Part shown: positions 26,336 through 38,941 of the stretch, one piece after another
How the letters are laid out: every line of letters starts with the position of its first letter
Position numbering within the stretch: the first letter of the stretch is position 1
NCBI RefSeq assembly: GCF_006345805.1
Contig: NW_021830464.1
Coordinates: 1-64,000 of the forward strand
Length of the DNA stretch: 64,000 nt
DNA from: Octopus sinensis
Taxonomy: Eukaryota
Direction of reading: 5' to 3'
The notes under the pieces: generated by a model
What the model saw: the letters and a program-made list of their open reading frames with translations, nothing else
Databases searched by the model: none
What the model was told of the DNA's origin: nothing
Program-made: the position numbers and the translations under genes

Positions 26336-26739
26336 ACGAGATTAAACTCATGGTGATGGCTGAAATGGGGTTGGTAAAGGACTATATTTGCTGTAAATCT
26401 ATTTAATTTCTAGCATTTGATCTAGGGTAAGTCTGTTTACAAACGCCTTTTAAATTTTATCTGTTTCAGCGGCTTTGCTGGGGCACCGTTTTGAAGAAGT
26501 TTTAGTCGAGTGAATCTGTCCAGTAACAATGAATTTTAAAACCTGGTGCCTATTCTGTCGGTCACTCTAAACGAACCACTAAGTTACAGGGACGTAAACA
26601 CATCACCGGTTGTGAAGTAGTTGTAGGAGACAAACACAGACAGGCAGCGGAATGCTCCGCTCCTTCTGTCTCTCTCTCCCCCCTCTCTCTCTATCTATCT
26701 CTCTGCCTGTCTATCTATCATACTCACCTCTCTCTTTCA

Positions 26740-26900
26740 TGCTGTTGGTGATATTTTCCTCCTCGTCTTTTTTGCTGATGAAGAGCTGTGCTCGAAACGT
26801 CAGCGATTCTCCCTTTTTACCGAGCGTCAAACAATACATTTCATATGCACATCCTCATGTTGTTATTTATAATGTTCGATCGTTCGATTTGATTACACAA
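26740..26900 (+). mobile_element. Penelope-like pLTR fragment with minimal hammerhead motif
   Basis: CTGATGA (26775-26781)-A-GAGC-tgt-GCTC-GAAA-C-GTC-agc; 4-bp stem II. Confidence 0.55.
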
Positions 26901-27001
26901 ACACATGTACAATTCTAATCAAGAAAAAGAGATCGTTTTTAAAATAATAAAGACTAGTTTTTTAGAAGTAATTATTTAGAAGTATGTAATAAAAAGGTAA
27001 A

Positions 27002-27375
27002 GCAGGAGTGGCTGTGTGGTAAGTAGCTTGCTTACTAACCATATGGTTTCGGGTTCAGCCCCACTACGTGGCAACTTGGGCAAGTGTCTTCTACTATAGC
27101 CTCGGGCCGACCAAAGCCTTGTGAGTGGATTTGGTAGACGGAAACTGAAAGAAGCCCCTCGTATATATATGTATACGCGTGTGTGACTGTATTTGTCCTC
27201 CCCCCCCAACATCGCTAGACAACCAGTGCTGGTGAGTTTACATCCCCGTCACTTAGCGGTTCGGCAAGGGAGCCCGATAGAATAAGTCCTGGGTCGATTT
27301 GCTCGACAAAAGGCGGTACTCAAGGATGGCCGCAGTCAAATGATTGAAACAAAAAAAAGAAAGAAAAAGAGAAAA
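27002..27375 (+). mobile_element. SINE family A, near full length
   Basis: gcaggagtggctgtgtggtaagtagcttgc...gggttcagccccac...ttgggcaagtgtcttctactatagcc...ggccgcagtcaaatgattgaaac. Confidence 0.9.
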
Positions 27376-27619
27376 TTATCTGCGTATCTGACTCACAGAT
27401 TTTGAATGTAACCCGAAAGCACGTAAGTTACCGAGAGAGGGAACACAGTTAGAAATAGCAGCAGCAGCGTACATTTCACGTCTCCCCGAGTCATACCAAT
27501 CATCAAGAGCATAATAACAGACAGGTGGTATATGTATTAGGACGAGTCATGAGGTGAGCTATCGAATATTATTTCAACCACCATTATCACAACCAGATGT
27601 ATTGTCGTAATAAAGCAAG

Positions 27620-27880
27620 ATACTTTCACTACGTCGGTTGCATTGACGATGGCTCCAGTTGATGCGATCATCGGTATCGCCTGCTCGTGAAATTAGGGTA
27701 CATGTGGCCGATCACTTCACAGACATACGCACCCTTAACGTAGTTCTCAACGTGACAATGCTGGCCCTTTGAAATACAAGTTCTACTCAGAGTTGCCATT
27801 TCAGTGAACTGGAGTAACGTGAAATAAAGTGTTTTGCTTAAGGAGACAACGCACCGTCGAGAATCAAATTTACGACCTTA
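27620..27880 (-). mobile_element. Chimeric degenerate SINE: family D head/core with family B tail
   Basis: Minus strand: ccttaagcaaaacactttatttcacgttactccagttcact (D), then gtatttcaaagggccagc...ctacgttaagggt...aatttcacgagcaggc...aaccgacgtagtg (B). Confidence 0.65.
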
Positions 27881-27889
27881 CTATCTATT

Positions 27890-28290
27890 TTTTTTCTACC
27901 CAAAAGGGGCTAGACACAGAGGGGACAAACGGATTAAATCGATGAGATCGACCCCAGTGCGTAACTGGTACTTAATTTATCGACCCTGAAAGGATGAAAG
28001 GCAAAGTCGATCTCGGCGGAATTTGAACTCAGAACGTAGCGACAGACGAAATACCTACTTCTTTACTACCCACAAGGGGCTCAACACAGAGGGGACAAAC
28101 AAGGACAGACAAACGGATTAAGTCGATTATATCGACCCCAGTGCGTAACTGGTACTTAATTTATCGGCCCCGAAAGGATGAAAGGCAAAATCGACCTCGG
28201 CGGTTTTTGATCTCAGAACGTAGCGGCAGACGAAATACTACAAAGCATTTCGCCCGGCGTGCTAACGATTCTTCCAGCTAACCGCCTTTT
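27890..28290 (-). mobile_element. SINE family C with internally tandem-duplicated body
   Basis: One head followed by two body+tail units joined at gtaaagaagtaggtatttcgtc. Confidence 0.85.
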
Positions 28291-28899
28291 ACGACCTTAC
28301 TATCGTGAAACGAACATCCTCACCACAAAGCCACGTACCTTTCTTCTATGAACATATACATAGTATCAGATGCTAAGCAAAGATGGCTTCAAACGGGCCG
28401 AGTTCCTTTGGACAATATCCTGATATCAGGTCGTTTACGGGATTATATTTTCGAATGTCAAGATATACGAAGTCAGAAAGAGATGAGGCATGTTTTAGAG
28501 CTGGTTCGTAAAAGTCTACAATTTTCGAATTCAAATTTATTTTAAGAAACTACCAGCCCTAAAATCATTCTTCTAGTTCAGGGAAGATAGAAAAAGATTT
28601 AACAGAAGCATGTAAACGTTCCCTTTTATTTGTTCATTATTTTTTTTTTATTTATATCCTTAATTTAATCTTTTGTTTCGGGATTATTATATGCCTTACC
28701 CAAGTCTCTGACGGCTTACCAGTTTTACTAAAATGAGTAAACCAATTAAAGCTATAAATTTCAGCAAGATGTATAGTATACTTGGTGTTTTGCGCAAACA
28801 CAGTTAATGCAATATAAATTAACGATGTATCACAATTCTCTGGTGGTAGCTAGCTTAATAAAACAACAGTTGGCTTCTATTACATTATGAACTTTATAT

Positions 28900-28913
28900 G
28901 AAATTTCTGGTTT

Positions 28914-28995
<82 letters not shown>

Positions 28996-29020
28996 TTATT
29001 TATATACATATACACATGTG

Positions 29021-29099
<79 letters not shown>

Positions 29100-29100
29100 A

Positions 29101-29139
<39 letters not shown>

Positions 29140-29230
29140 ACTATTTATCTATCCATACATCTATCCATCTATCTATCTATGTACCTGTCTATCTATCTAT
29201 CTGTCTGTCTCTTTCTCTCTCTATATATAT
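28900..29230. repeat. (TA)n, (TATC)n and (TC)n array
   Basis: Direct reading. Confidence 0.95.
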
Positions 29231-29782
29231 ATAATGTGCTTATGTATGTGTGTACGATTATACATACCAATAAACATACAGCTATGAAAATGGACATATA
29301 TTCGAATATCTCATCATGGTTTACATGTTTCATATACTTTTGTTTACACGAAATACTTTATAAGATTTGAAATTTTTCATCACAGGGACATGTACATATA
29401 CGTATAAAATTCACTTGCGAACACAAATATATTTATTTCTATCTATATATCAAAACAGAAGAATTAAAAAAAAATGTTGGTATTATCACAGTTACACATA
29501 TTTCGTTTGCTAATAGGATTTACAAAATTTTACATGTAAGAGAAACCTGCAAGAAACCCATAACCAAACAATATTAATATTATATTGTCCCAAGAATTTC
29601 TAATACGTATCTTACATGTTTCTTCTATGTGTAAATTTTGTAACGCTTATTAAGTAATAAAACACGTGTAATGGTTAAAAAATAATACAAAATTTGCTTT
29701 TATCTTTTCTGATTTTCAGTAACTTTTAACTCTTATGCATACCTCACTAACATATGAATTCTATATACATATATATGTGTGG

Positions 29783-29843
<61 letters not shown>

Positions 29844-29911
29844 TGTATGTATGTACTTATATGTATATATGAATATGCGAAAGGATGTGTGTTAATATAC
29901 AAGTATGTTAT

Positions 29912-30285
29912 GGCGGCGAGCTGGCAGAAACGTTAGCACGCCGGGCGAAATGCGTAGCCCTATTTTGTCTGCCGTTGCGTTCAGAGTTCAAATTCCGCCG
30001 AGGTCGACCTTGCCTTTCGTCCTTTCGGGGTCGATTAAATAAGTACCTGTTACGCACTGGGGTCGATGCAATCGACTTAATCCGTTTGCCTGTCCTTGTT
30101 TGAACTCTCTGTGTTTAGCCCCTTGTGGCTAGTAAAGAAATAGGTATTTCGTCTGTCCACCGAGGTCGGCTTTGCCTTTCATCCTTTCCGGGTCGATAAA
30201 TTAAGTACCAGTTACGTACTGGGGTCGATCTAATCACTGGTCCCTCTCTCCCGAAATTTCGGACCTTATGCCTAGTGTAGAAAAT
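29912..30285 (+). mobile_element. SINE family C (Deu/Nin-domain-like core) with duplicated body
   Basis: ggcggcgagctggcagaaacgttagcacgccgggcgaaatgc...gttcagagttcaaattccgccgaggtcgaccttgcctttcgtcctttcggggtcgattaaataagtacc; second body begins after the gtaaagaaataggtatttcgtc junction. Confidence 0.88.
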
Positions 30286-30502
30286 AAAATAATATATAAG
30301 TATGTAAAACAACAAAGTAATAAGTGAAATAAAGTTTTAATGAATGAACCGGCAATAAATCAGGACAAGAAAATAATTCAGCGTTAATCTGGGATTGAAC
30401 CGCTGTTAATATGTTTCGTGAAAATAAGTAAAAGCGTTGACTTACATCTATAGAAATGAATAAATGCATACATTTATTCATGCGTAAATGCACACGGAGA
30501 CC

Positions 30503-30537
<35 letters not shown>

Positions 30538-30649
30538 AATGAGGTAATCAGATCGGATGGTTCATATTTATAGATATTTATTTATATATTACATTTTTTA
30601 CATATATATCATATCATTCAGATCATATCATTCGGATTAGCGCTTTCTC

Positions 30650-30727
<78 letters not shown>

Positions 30728-30740
30728 GTATATATATATG

Positions 30741-30773
<33 letters not shown>

Positions 30774-30871
30774 TAGACAGACAGATAGATAGATAGATAG
30801 ATAGAAAGATAGATAGATAGACAGATAGATAGATAGATAGAAAGATAGATAGGTATAGATAGATGTATATA

Positions 30872-30915
<44 letters not shown>

Positions 30916-31250
30916 GAAAGATATGACAAATATATATATATATAATACGCCCAGATACGCACGTATGTGTATATAGAGAATATATTGAAGTATTTACTAC
31001 AAGCTGAAATATCTCAATTTACTTCGGTAAAATGACATAAAAGCGTACTTTGTTGTTTTCGTACAAATCGTAGGAAGGCATTGTAGTATATGGTCTTTGC
31101 ATCAATGTCTCCGCTTACAAAAAACTCATTTGTATGCACGCACCCAAACCTTTATAGTACAGACGCACAAACACACACGCATATCCACACATCCACACAT
31201 ACACACTTGTATACATATGAGCTGAAATATATACTGTGTATACTTGTATG

Positions 31251-31326
<76 letters not shown>

Positions 31327-31819
31327 TATGCGTATGTTTGAGGAATAAATTTAATAAGCACTTGTTTGTATGCCTGTATATATATATATATAAACATACA
31401 TATATATATATACGTATATATGTATATATATATATGTATATTTATTCGTACATATGTGTATGTATATATATATGTATATATCTATATACTTACATATAAA
31501 CAGTTAAGGACAAACGCATTTATACAGAAGCCCATATGTTATATATGTGTGTGTGTGTGTGTGTGTGAGTGTGTGAATGTGTGTGTTTTTGCGTATGTCT
31601 ATGTGTGCGTGCACACGTATATGTATGTATGTGTGTATTTATGTATATATATATATGAATATATGCATTGATGCGTATTCATTTCTGCACATTCTATAGT
31701 AAATTTGTCGCTGACTTCTGAAAAAAGATGCAATTGTGAATAACATCATGGATGACAATATATTCCGTAAAAATTCTAACGAATAAAACAAAAATAGAAA
31801 GGTAGCAAGCAATAAGAAA

Positions 31820-31845
31820 ATGAAATAGTAGTAGTAGTACTACTG

Positions 31846-31894
<49 letters not shown>

Positions 31895-32180
31895 CAGCAG
31901 CATTAGTAGTAGTAGTAGTGGTAGTAGTAGTAGTAGTAATAGTAGTAGTAGTAGTAGTAGTAGTAGTGAAAAGTTTAAAAGTAGCAAGGAATGGGATGTA
32001 GAAAGGGTCGATATTGGAATAAGATTAAGATGAAAAAAGGAGAAAAGTGGTGAAGGCGTGCGAGAAGTTGAAGAGGATAATGATGATAATGATGACGACG
32101 ATGATGATGATAAGATGGTGGTGATCTTGATTTTAATCATGATGACGATTATGACGATTATGATGATTATGATGATCATG

Positions 32181-32213
<33 letters not shown>

Positions 32214-32781
32214 ATCATGATGATGATCATGATGGTAATGATGGATAAAAGATGACGATGTCAATGCCGCAGTAACTGCTGTGGATGGTGATGATGATGG
32301 CGACGATGACGACGAAGACGACGCTGGCGATGACGTTGATGATGAAGAGGATGACGATGACGAAAAGGAAGAAAACTAGAAGGAACATAGCAGAAGAAAT
32401 TGAGATATGCATGAAGAGACCAAGAAGAAATTAATGGGAAAGGAGAAAGAAGAGAAAAGAATGAGAAATAAGGAGCGATACCATGAGAAGTAGAAGAGGA
32501 AGAGGAAGAGGAAGAAGGAGGAGGAGAAGGAGGAGAATAAGGAGGAGAAGAAGAAGAAGAAGAAGAAGAAGAAGAAGGGGAGAATAATAGCAATAACAAT
32601 AATAATAATAATAATATTAATAATAATAATGATAATAATAATATAATATTAATAATAATAAGAAGAAGAATAGAGGAAGAAGAAGAAAACAAAAAGGAGT
32701 AGAAGAAATAGAGGAAGAAGAAAAAGAAAAAGTAGTAGTAGCAGCTGTAGTACTAGTAGTTCTTGTAGTAGTAGTAGCAGC

Positions 32782-32831
<50 letters not shown>

Positions 32832-33150
32832 CTAGTAGTAGTGAGTAGTAGTAGAGAGAATAAGAATAAGAAGAAGAGAAGGGGAAGAAGAAGAAGAAGG
32901 AAGGGAAAAGAAGACGAAGAAGAAGAAGAAGAAGAAGAAGAAGAAGAAGAAGAAGAAGAAGAAGAAGAAGAAGAAGGGGAAGTAGAAGAAGAAGAAAAGC
33001 AGAAGCTAACATGATGACGCCAAGGGAAGAAAAAAGTTGACAATAAGAAAACGACAAAGAGGGAAAAGAATGTCAACAACTACAACAAAACACACAACAG
33101 AATCATTAACAGCAGCAGCAGCAGCAACAACAACAACACCACCAACAACA
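31820..33150. repeat. Mosaic of (GTA)n, (GAT)n, (GAA)n, (AAT)n and (CAA)n microsatellites
   Basis: Direct reading. Confidence 0.92.
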
Positions 33151-33492
33151 AAAAAATCACCTCGAAATTTCTCTCTCTTGTATATGTAGAACATGTGATA
33201 AAAATAATTGCAAATCGATTTTTATATTATTTCTTTCTTTCGAATCGTAAAAAAAAAGAGAAAGAAATAGGTGACAAGTTTATACTCAAATATTAGAATA
33301 TGAATACATGAGTTTATATGCCTTATGTGTGTGTATATATATATAATGCATACAAGGATATACATACACGCATACATATACATGCATAATTATCGTAATG
33401 TACTTATCTATAGTTATGTTTATGCATATAATAAATATATATATGTATATATATGAGTATGCATATATATATATACAAATATATATATTATA

Positions 33493-33571
<79 letters not shown>

Positions 33572-33599
33572 ATATATATAATATTTGTATATGTGTAAC

Positions 33600-34360
33600 G
33601 TGAGTTTAGAAAAAAAACCATTGGTTTCATATCTAGCGTGAATTAGACATCTCTTCAGTTTCTCTAAATAATAACCGATCTCTGCAAAGAATGTTTGTTT
33701 TAAAACACAAGAACGCCGGTGATAGTTCAAGAAGTAATCCTATCTAAAAATCCGGCCGAGTGAGTTGTCTTCCTTCTCTTGATAGCTAGGTTTTCCAATT
33801 TTTAAGTAAAAATTTCCGAGAATATCGACAACTCCCCACGGCTTCCTTCCTGGAGTTAAGGGAGCCTCCTGGCTCATGTGAGTTCATTAGAATTACAAAT
33901 CTTTCTGCCAAACACAAATTACACAGCCTTGTTCCATTACGATAGGGTCCACAAGTTTCCATTAATTGCCACCTGATGTTTAAGGGCGCATGATTGTCAT
34001 TTAGGCACCATACGTATGCTGCAAGTGTTGTGTGTTGCATATTTTCGGGACCCTGAAAGAAGATCTGTGGTTGTTCAGGCGAATTTTAGATCTGGATTCA
34101 GAAGATCCAACATAAATTTTGGTTTGTGTCCTTGTGTTGGCATTGATGTTATTGATATTTGTGCTGCTTCCGTTAGAGGCTACCTTTGCTTATTACACTG
34201 TAGCCTCGGTCTTACATCGGCCGTCCACTGAGCATTCATTCCTAATCCTGCATGAACAACCTGCCTCTGTCCGTGGCTTAGGAGTGCTAAGTAATTTATT
34301 CTTAATATTAGGTGCACAACTGCAAGAGATTCTTAAATTATGATTGTTAACGATATTTCT
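33600..34360 (-). mobile_element. 5'-truncated Penelope-like element: GIY-YIG endonuclease remnant plus 3' pLTR
   Basis: Minus-strand translation CSCRIRNECSVDGRCKTEATV**AKV...KIYVGSSE..KIRLNNHRSSF / TTLAAYVWCL...NIRWQLM..CGPYRNGTRLCNLCLAERFVIL...LNSRKEAVGSCRYSRKFLL, with stops and one frameshift. Confidence 0.88.
33609..33666 (-). ncRNA. Type I hammerhead ribozyme in the PLE pLTR
   Basis: gagaaa-CTGAAGA-G-ATGTCTA-attcacgc-TAGATAT-GAAA-CC-aat-GG-TT-tttttt: 7-bp stem II, short stem III, GUU triplet and A/G:U stem I. Same strand as, and downstream of, the endonuclease ORF. Confidence 0.75.
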
Positions 34361-34560
34361 ATATTTGTGTGATCGTGTGAAATGCTTATGAGAGAGAGAG
34401 AAAGAGAGAGAGAGAGAGAAAGAAAGAGAGAGGGAGAGAGAGAGATACAAAATTGTATTCATAACTGCTTACACTATTTGAATCAAAATGTAACCCGCAC
34501 AAATAATTATACTTACTTCCTCTCAATTCCAATTATATTTCTCCCACAATAACACCTACA

Positions 34561-34661
<101 letters not shown>

Positions 34662-35919
34662 CAACATAAATATATTTGTTTGTCTATCTGACTGACTATC
34701 GACCAATCGAAATATCTATCTATGAAAGCACATCAATTAGCAGAAGGCATCTTGCACTTTTCTAATTCGGTCTCTATAGACCTGAGTAGAGCCTACGAAA
34801 TGTTAAGTTGCATAGAACCGAGTTTGCATACAGCAAAGTTTCACAAGCCGAGTTAAACTTTTATTATCAAATAATGTATATATCTCTCTCTTTCTCTCTT
34901 TTTTCTCTCTCCCTCTATCTGTCTATCGATCGATCTCTCTACCTGCTTATATGTACGTCGTAGTCTAAGAGTTGCGAAAAGTATGAAAAGTGCAAAGATG
35001 TGATATAGCACATGGATACAGTTATCCTTCCTCTCTAAATTAAATTAATCCATTGATAATGCGAAAAGGAGTAGTTTGTCAGGAGACATTACAACACAGA
35101 ACACTTAACGATAAGTCTCTATTAGAATTCTAAAATCTTTAAATTTATATTCAAAGGTAGTTACTGCCATCCATCTGAAGATGATCCATGCTTGCACAAC
35201 GCACAAATTGCTAAAATTTTAACTTCTAACAATTTATTCTACACCAGTCATAAATAGCGTGAAATTGATAATGTCTATCAATTTTAGAGTAATACATATA
35301 CGCACAAACAAACTTATACATAATCCCACCGGTGATCACACACACACACGCAGGTACACACACACTCACACGTACGCACACACACACACACAAGCACGCA
35401 CACACACACACACACACAAGTACGCACACACATACACAAGCACGCATACATGCATACAGATATGTATACACACACACATATATATACTTACTTGGAAATG
35501 GATGCGTACACAAGTACACACACATACCAGCGAAATAAATTATTAATTTATTTCAGGTTCAATAGAAAAATATACATTCAAAGTTGAGTCTTTGTAAATT
35601 CGTACTCAAATGTCTCAGTTCCTTTCCTGAGACTACTGATGTGCTGTTGATTGACGCTGCCTTATGATAGATCTACGACGCACACAAACGCTACACTGTG
35701 TTTCTTTGAACTTACCCCATCGGAATATATTATATCATAAGAATTTTATGCAACTGAACGATAGTGTTAAACTGAGAGCCATCTTCCTATTACATGTATA
35801 GCTAAATACTACTGAATACAGAATTATCGACTGTAAATTATCTGTAGTGGATGGAAGATGAATAAAAAATTGAGAATAGTATCTCACGCACAAGCTAATG
35901 ACTGGAAAAAATTAAGAAC

Positions 35920-36500
35920 GACTTCCTTCTGCCCCCCACCCTTCTCGCAAATTATTGTTTCTTTTATAATTTTTTGCTAAAAACCAACGTTTTCGGGTAC
36001 GGAGATACCGGAAAATTGCCCAAAATCGGAATTTTGAAATTGCTCCCCCCACCCTTAACCCTTCCCCACCCAATTTCTTCATTTTCCCCTTTTTCCGTAA
36101 CCGTAACCCTAAAACGCAAACCCTAACCCTAACCCTAAAACTCTAACACTAACCCTAACCCTAAAACCCTAACCCTATCCCTAACCCTAAAACCCTAAAA
36201 CTCTAACCCCCTAGTCCTAACCCTAAAACCTTAACCCTAACCCTAACCCTAAAACTCTAACCCTAAGTAAGAAAAAGTTTTGGAAAACTTTTTCAGAATC
36301 ATACTCTCCGTATTTTCCCGCCTATTTTGAAAAGAAAAATTCTGAAAGAATTTAAAAATGAATTTAGAGTGGGGGGTAATTTCAAAATGCTGATTTTTGC
36401 CGATCTTTTTGTAGATTCGCATTCTCAGCAGCTGAAAACGGGGTTTCGTGTAGAAAAATTTTTTTTAATGCGGTATTTTTGGGGTGTGCAAAAGGAAGTC
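35920..36500. mobile_element. Unclassified foldback-like element with telomere-like core
   Basis: Left arm gacttccttctgc...attttgaaattgctccccccaccc and right arm gtggggggtaatttcaaaat...gcaaaaggaagtc share inverted motif blocks around a (CCCTAA)-like array. Confidence 0.55.
36095..36266. repeat. Degenerate interstitial telomere-like array (CCCTAA/CCCTAAAA/CTCTAA)
   Basis: Direct reading; TTAGGG on the minus strand. Confidence 0.9.
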
Positions 36501-36932
36501 TTGCCAAAAATTGTATAACATAAGCCTTATACGCTACATTTGTTACAATGGACAAACTAAAGAAATATTTACGTCACCAGCTTTTTGCAATTCAACTTCA
36601 TTCTACGTTATGCATATCTTAGTTACATCTGGGGCTGTAAGTATTGTTTTTAGCCGCTTCTTACTATTTCAACACTTTTTAATGGTTTCACTAGATTTCA
36701 AAGCATTCAAGATGGACTTGCACATGAATTTAACCACAACGAAACCTATATATGAAGCATTGCATTGAATGCTGTACCAAGTTACACCGTTCCATTAGAT
36801 CGCGTAAACCCCGGTGTGATGAGCAAAGTAATCACCTGGGCCAGAAACAAACCTGTATATTACACATCCCACCCAAGGATTTTAATAGACATTTTAAGTA
36901 GGTTGTTGTCTTGCGTTTCTATCGTTGTTTCT

Positions 36933-37228
36933 ATTGTTTCTTTTATAATTTTTTGATAAAAACCAACGTTTTTGGGTACGGAGATACCGGAAAATTGCCC
37001 AAAATCGGAATTTTGAAATTGCTCCCCCCACCCTTACCCCTTCCCCATCCAATTTCTTAATTTTTCCCTTTTTCCGTAACCGTAACCCTTAAACGCCAAC
37101 CCTAACCCTAACCCTATCCCTAACCCTAAAACCCTAAACCTAATCCTAACCCTAAAACTCTATCCATAGCCCTAAAACCCTAACCCCCTAGTCTTAACCC
37201 TAAAACCTTAACCCTAACCCTAACCCTA
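36933..37228. repeat. Direct-repeat second copy of left arm plus telomere-like array
   Basis: Highly similar to 35954-36260; ends abruptly at the end of the (CCCTAA) array (37075-37228). Confidence 0.9.
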
Positions 37229-37810
37229 TTTTCACCTCTGCCAGGCTTCTTGAAGATAGCTGTCCTCCGTACAATGGATATATAACCTTATTGATATCGG
37301 AAACATGGTACGAATCCCAACGGTTTCCATAGCTCATTAAACTGTTGAGTGATTTGATTCGGTATTTTTATCAACATGCTACACAAACACCTTGATTCGG
37401 TCGCTATGAACCCCAGTTTATGAGCCAGGAATAACTTTTACGAATTCACACGGATAGCATTAAGAATTCACTCTGATAACTACTAAATCACGCTGACAAT
37501 TATTCACAACAGTTTCTCTCAATTAATTCAGTATTTAATTCAGTATCGGTTATGTACTCCGTGTTCCTATGTAGTGTCTTCGGCATATTTCTCTTTCTCT
37601 AAACACAAAAGATTGAAGATCACTAAAGATGTAAAAATATAATATAAAAGGACAAGTTTCATGTTACAATTATTCTAACGTAGTGGTCTGACGATGTAAA
37701 TGAACCGCGTTTTTTTTTATATAAGAAACTTGTAAATAACTGCAGGCGACGGTTCCAGGAGACTACATATATACACACATACATATAGAAGAAATATGCA
37801 TATACATCTA

Positions 37811-37903
<93 letters not shown>

Positions 37904-38898
37904 CTATCTATCTATCTATCTGTCTATCTATCTATCTATCTTCTATCTATCATCTATCTATCTATCTATCTGTCTGTCTATCTATCTATCTACCTACATA
38001 CATATATATATATATATATATGAATTAAAACATACACATACATATAATACATACGCCTATAAAGAGATATTTCCCTGGTGAAAAAACCCACATCTTCTGG
38101 CGTATTAGCAATACGCATACATTCAGTATGTGATATTGATAACATTTGCATTATTGAGCCGCTTCCAAAACATTATTTGAATTCATTCTACTTGTATGAC
38201 GCTATTACAATTCAGTAAACATGTCTGTTCACTATTTGCATATACTTAGACGGTGAGCTGACAGAACCATTTGCATACCGGGCCAAATACTTAGCGGTAT
38301 TTCTGAGTTCATATTCCGACGGAACCGGCTTTGCCTTTAATTTCTTCGGGGTCAAGCTGAGCAGTGCGGTCGATGTAATTGACTTAACTACTCCTGGGTA
38401 TGACTATAAAAACTGCTTCCCTTTTTGGAAGCCACGTCGAGCAGGTGTGGCAGAGAAGGCTCAATAAAATCAGTATGACATCAAGTATGATATCTCTGGT
38501 GGGAAAAACATGCTGAGTCCTTCCTCCTGTAGTGGACTGACCATGTGCAATTCAATCCAATCAATTATATACTTCAGGCTGGCGTTTTCTACTTCCTTTT
38601 GGCCAGTGCGCAGTCCTTATAAACTGCAAAATGCTGAGAAATACAAGTATCCGAGATCCTCGTTCACTTTTGGGGTGGTTTCACTTCGCCCAGCTTTGAA
38701 TCACAACATTTCTCGTTGCTTTTTTTAACGTCTTTTTTATACGTCCTTAAAAGAGATCTTTCCCAGAAGAAAAAAAACCCGCCACGCTTGGCGTTTTTAA
38801 CAACACGCATTCATTAACTAACTTTTATACATACACAGACACACACGTGTGTGTGCGTGTGTGTGTATTTATATTATATTTTATTATACTATATATAT

Positions 38899-38940
<42 letters not shown>

Positions 38941-38941
38941 C

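Noticed and set aside
34782-34804. CTGA-GTAG-agc-CTAC-GAAA-TGTT
   Set aside because: The core lacks NGA and has C>T after GAAA; too short to distinguish from chance.
38400-38730. Coding-like composition on the minus strand (possible transposase remnant)
   Set aside because: Interrupted by stops, with no DDE/D or other motif recognisable.
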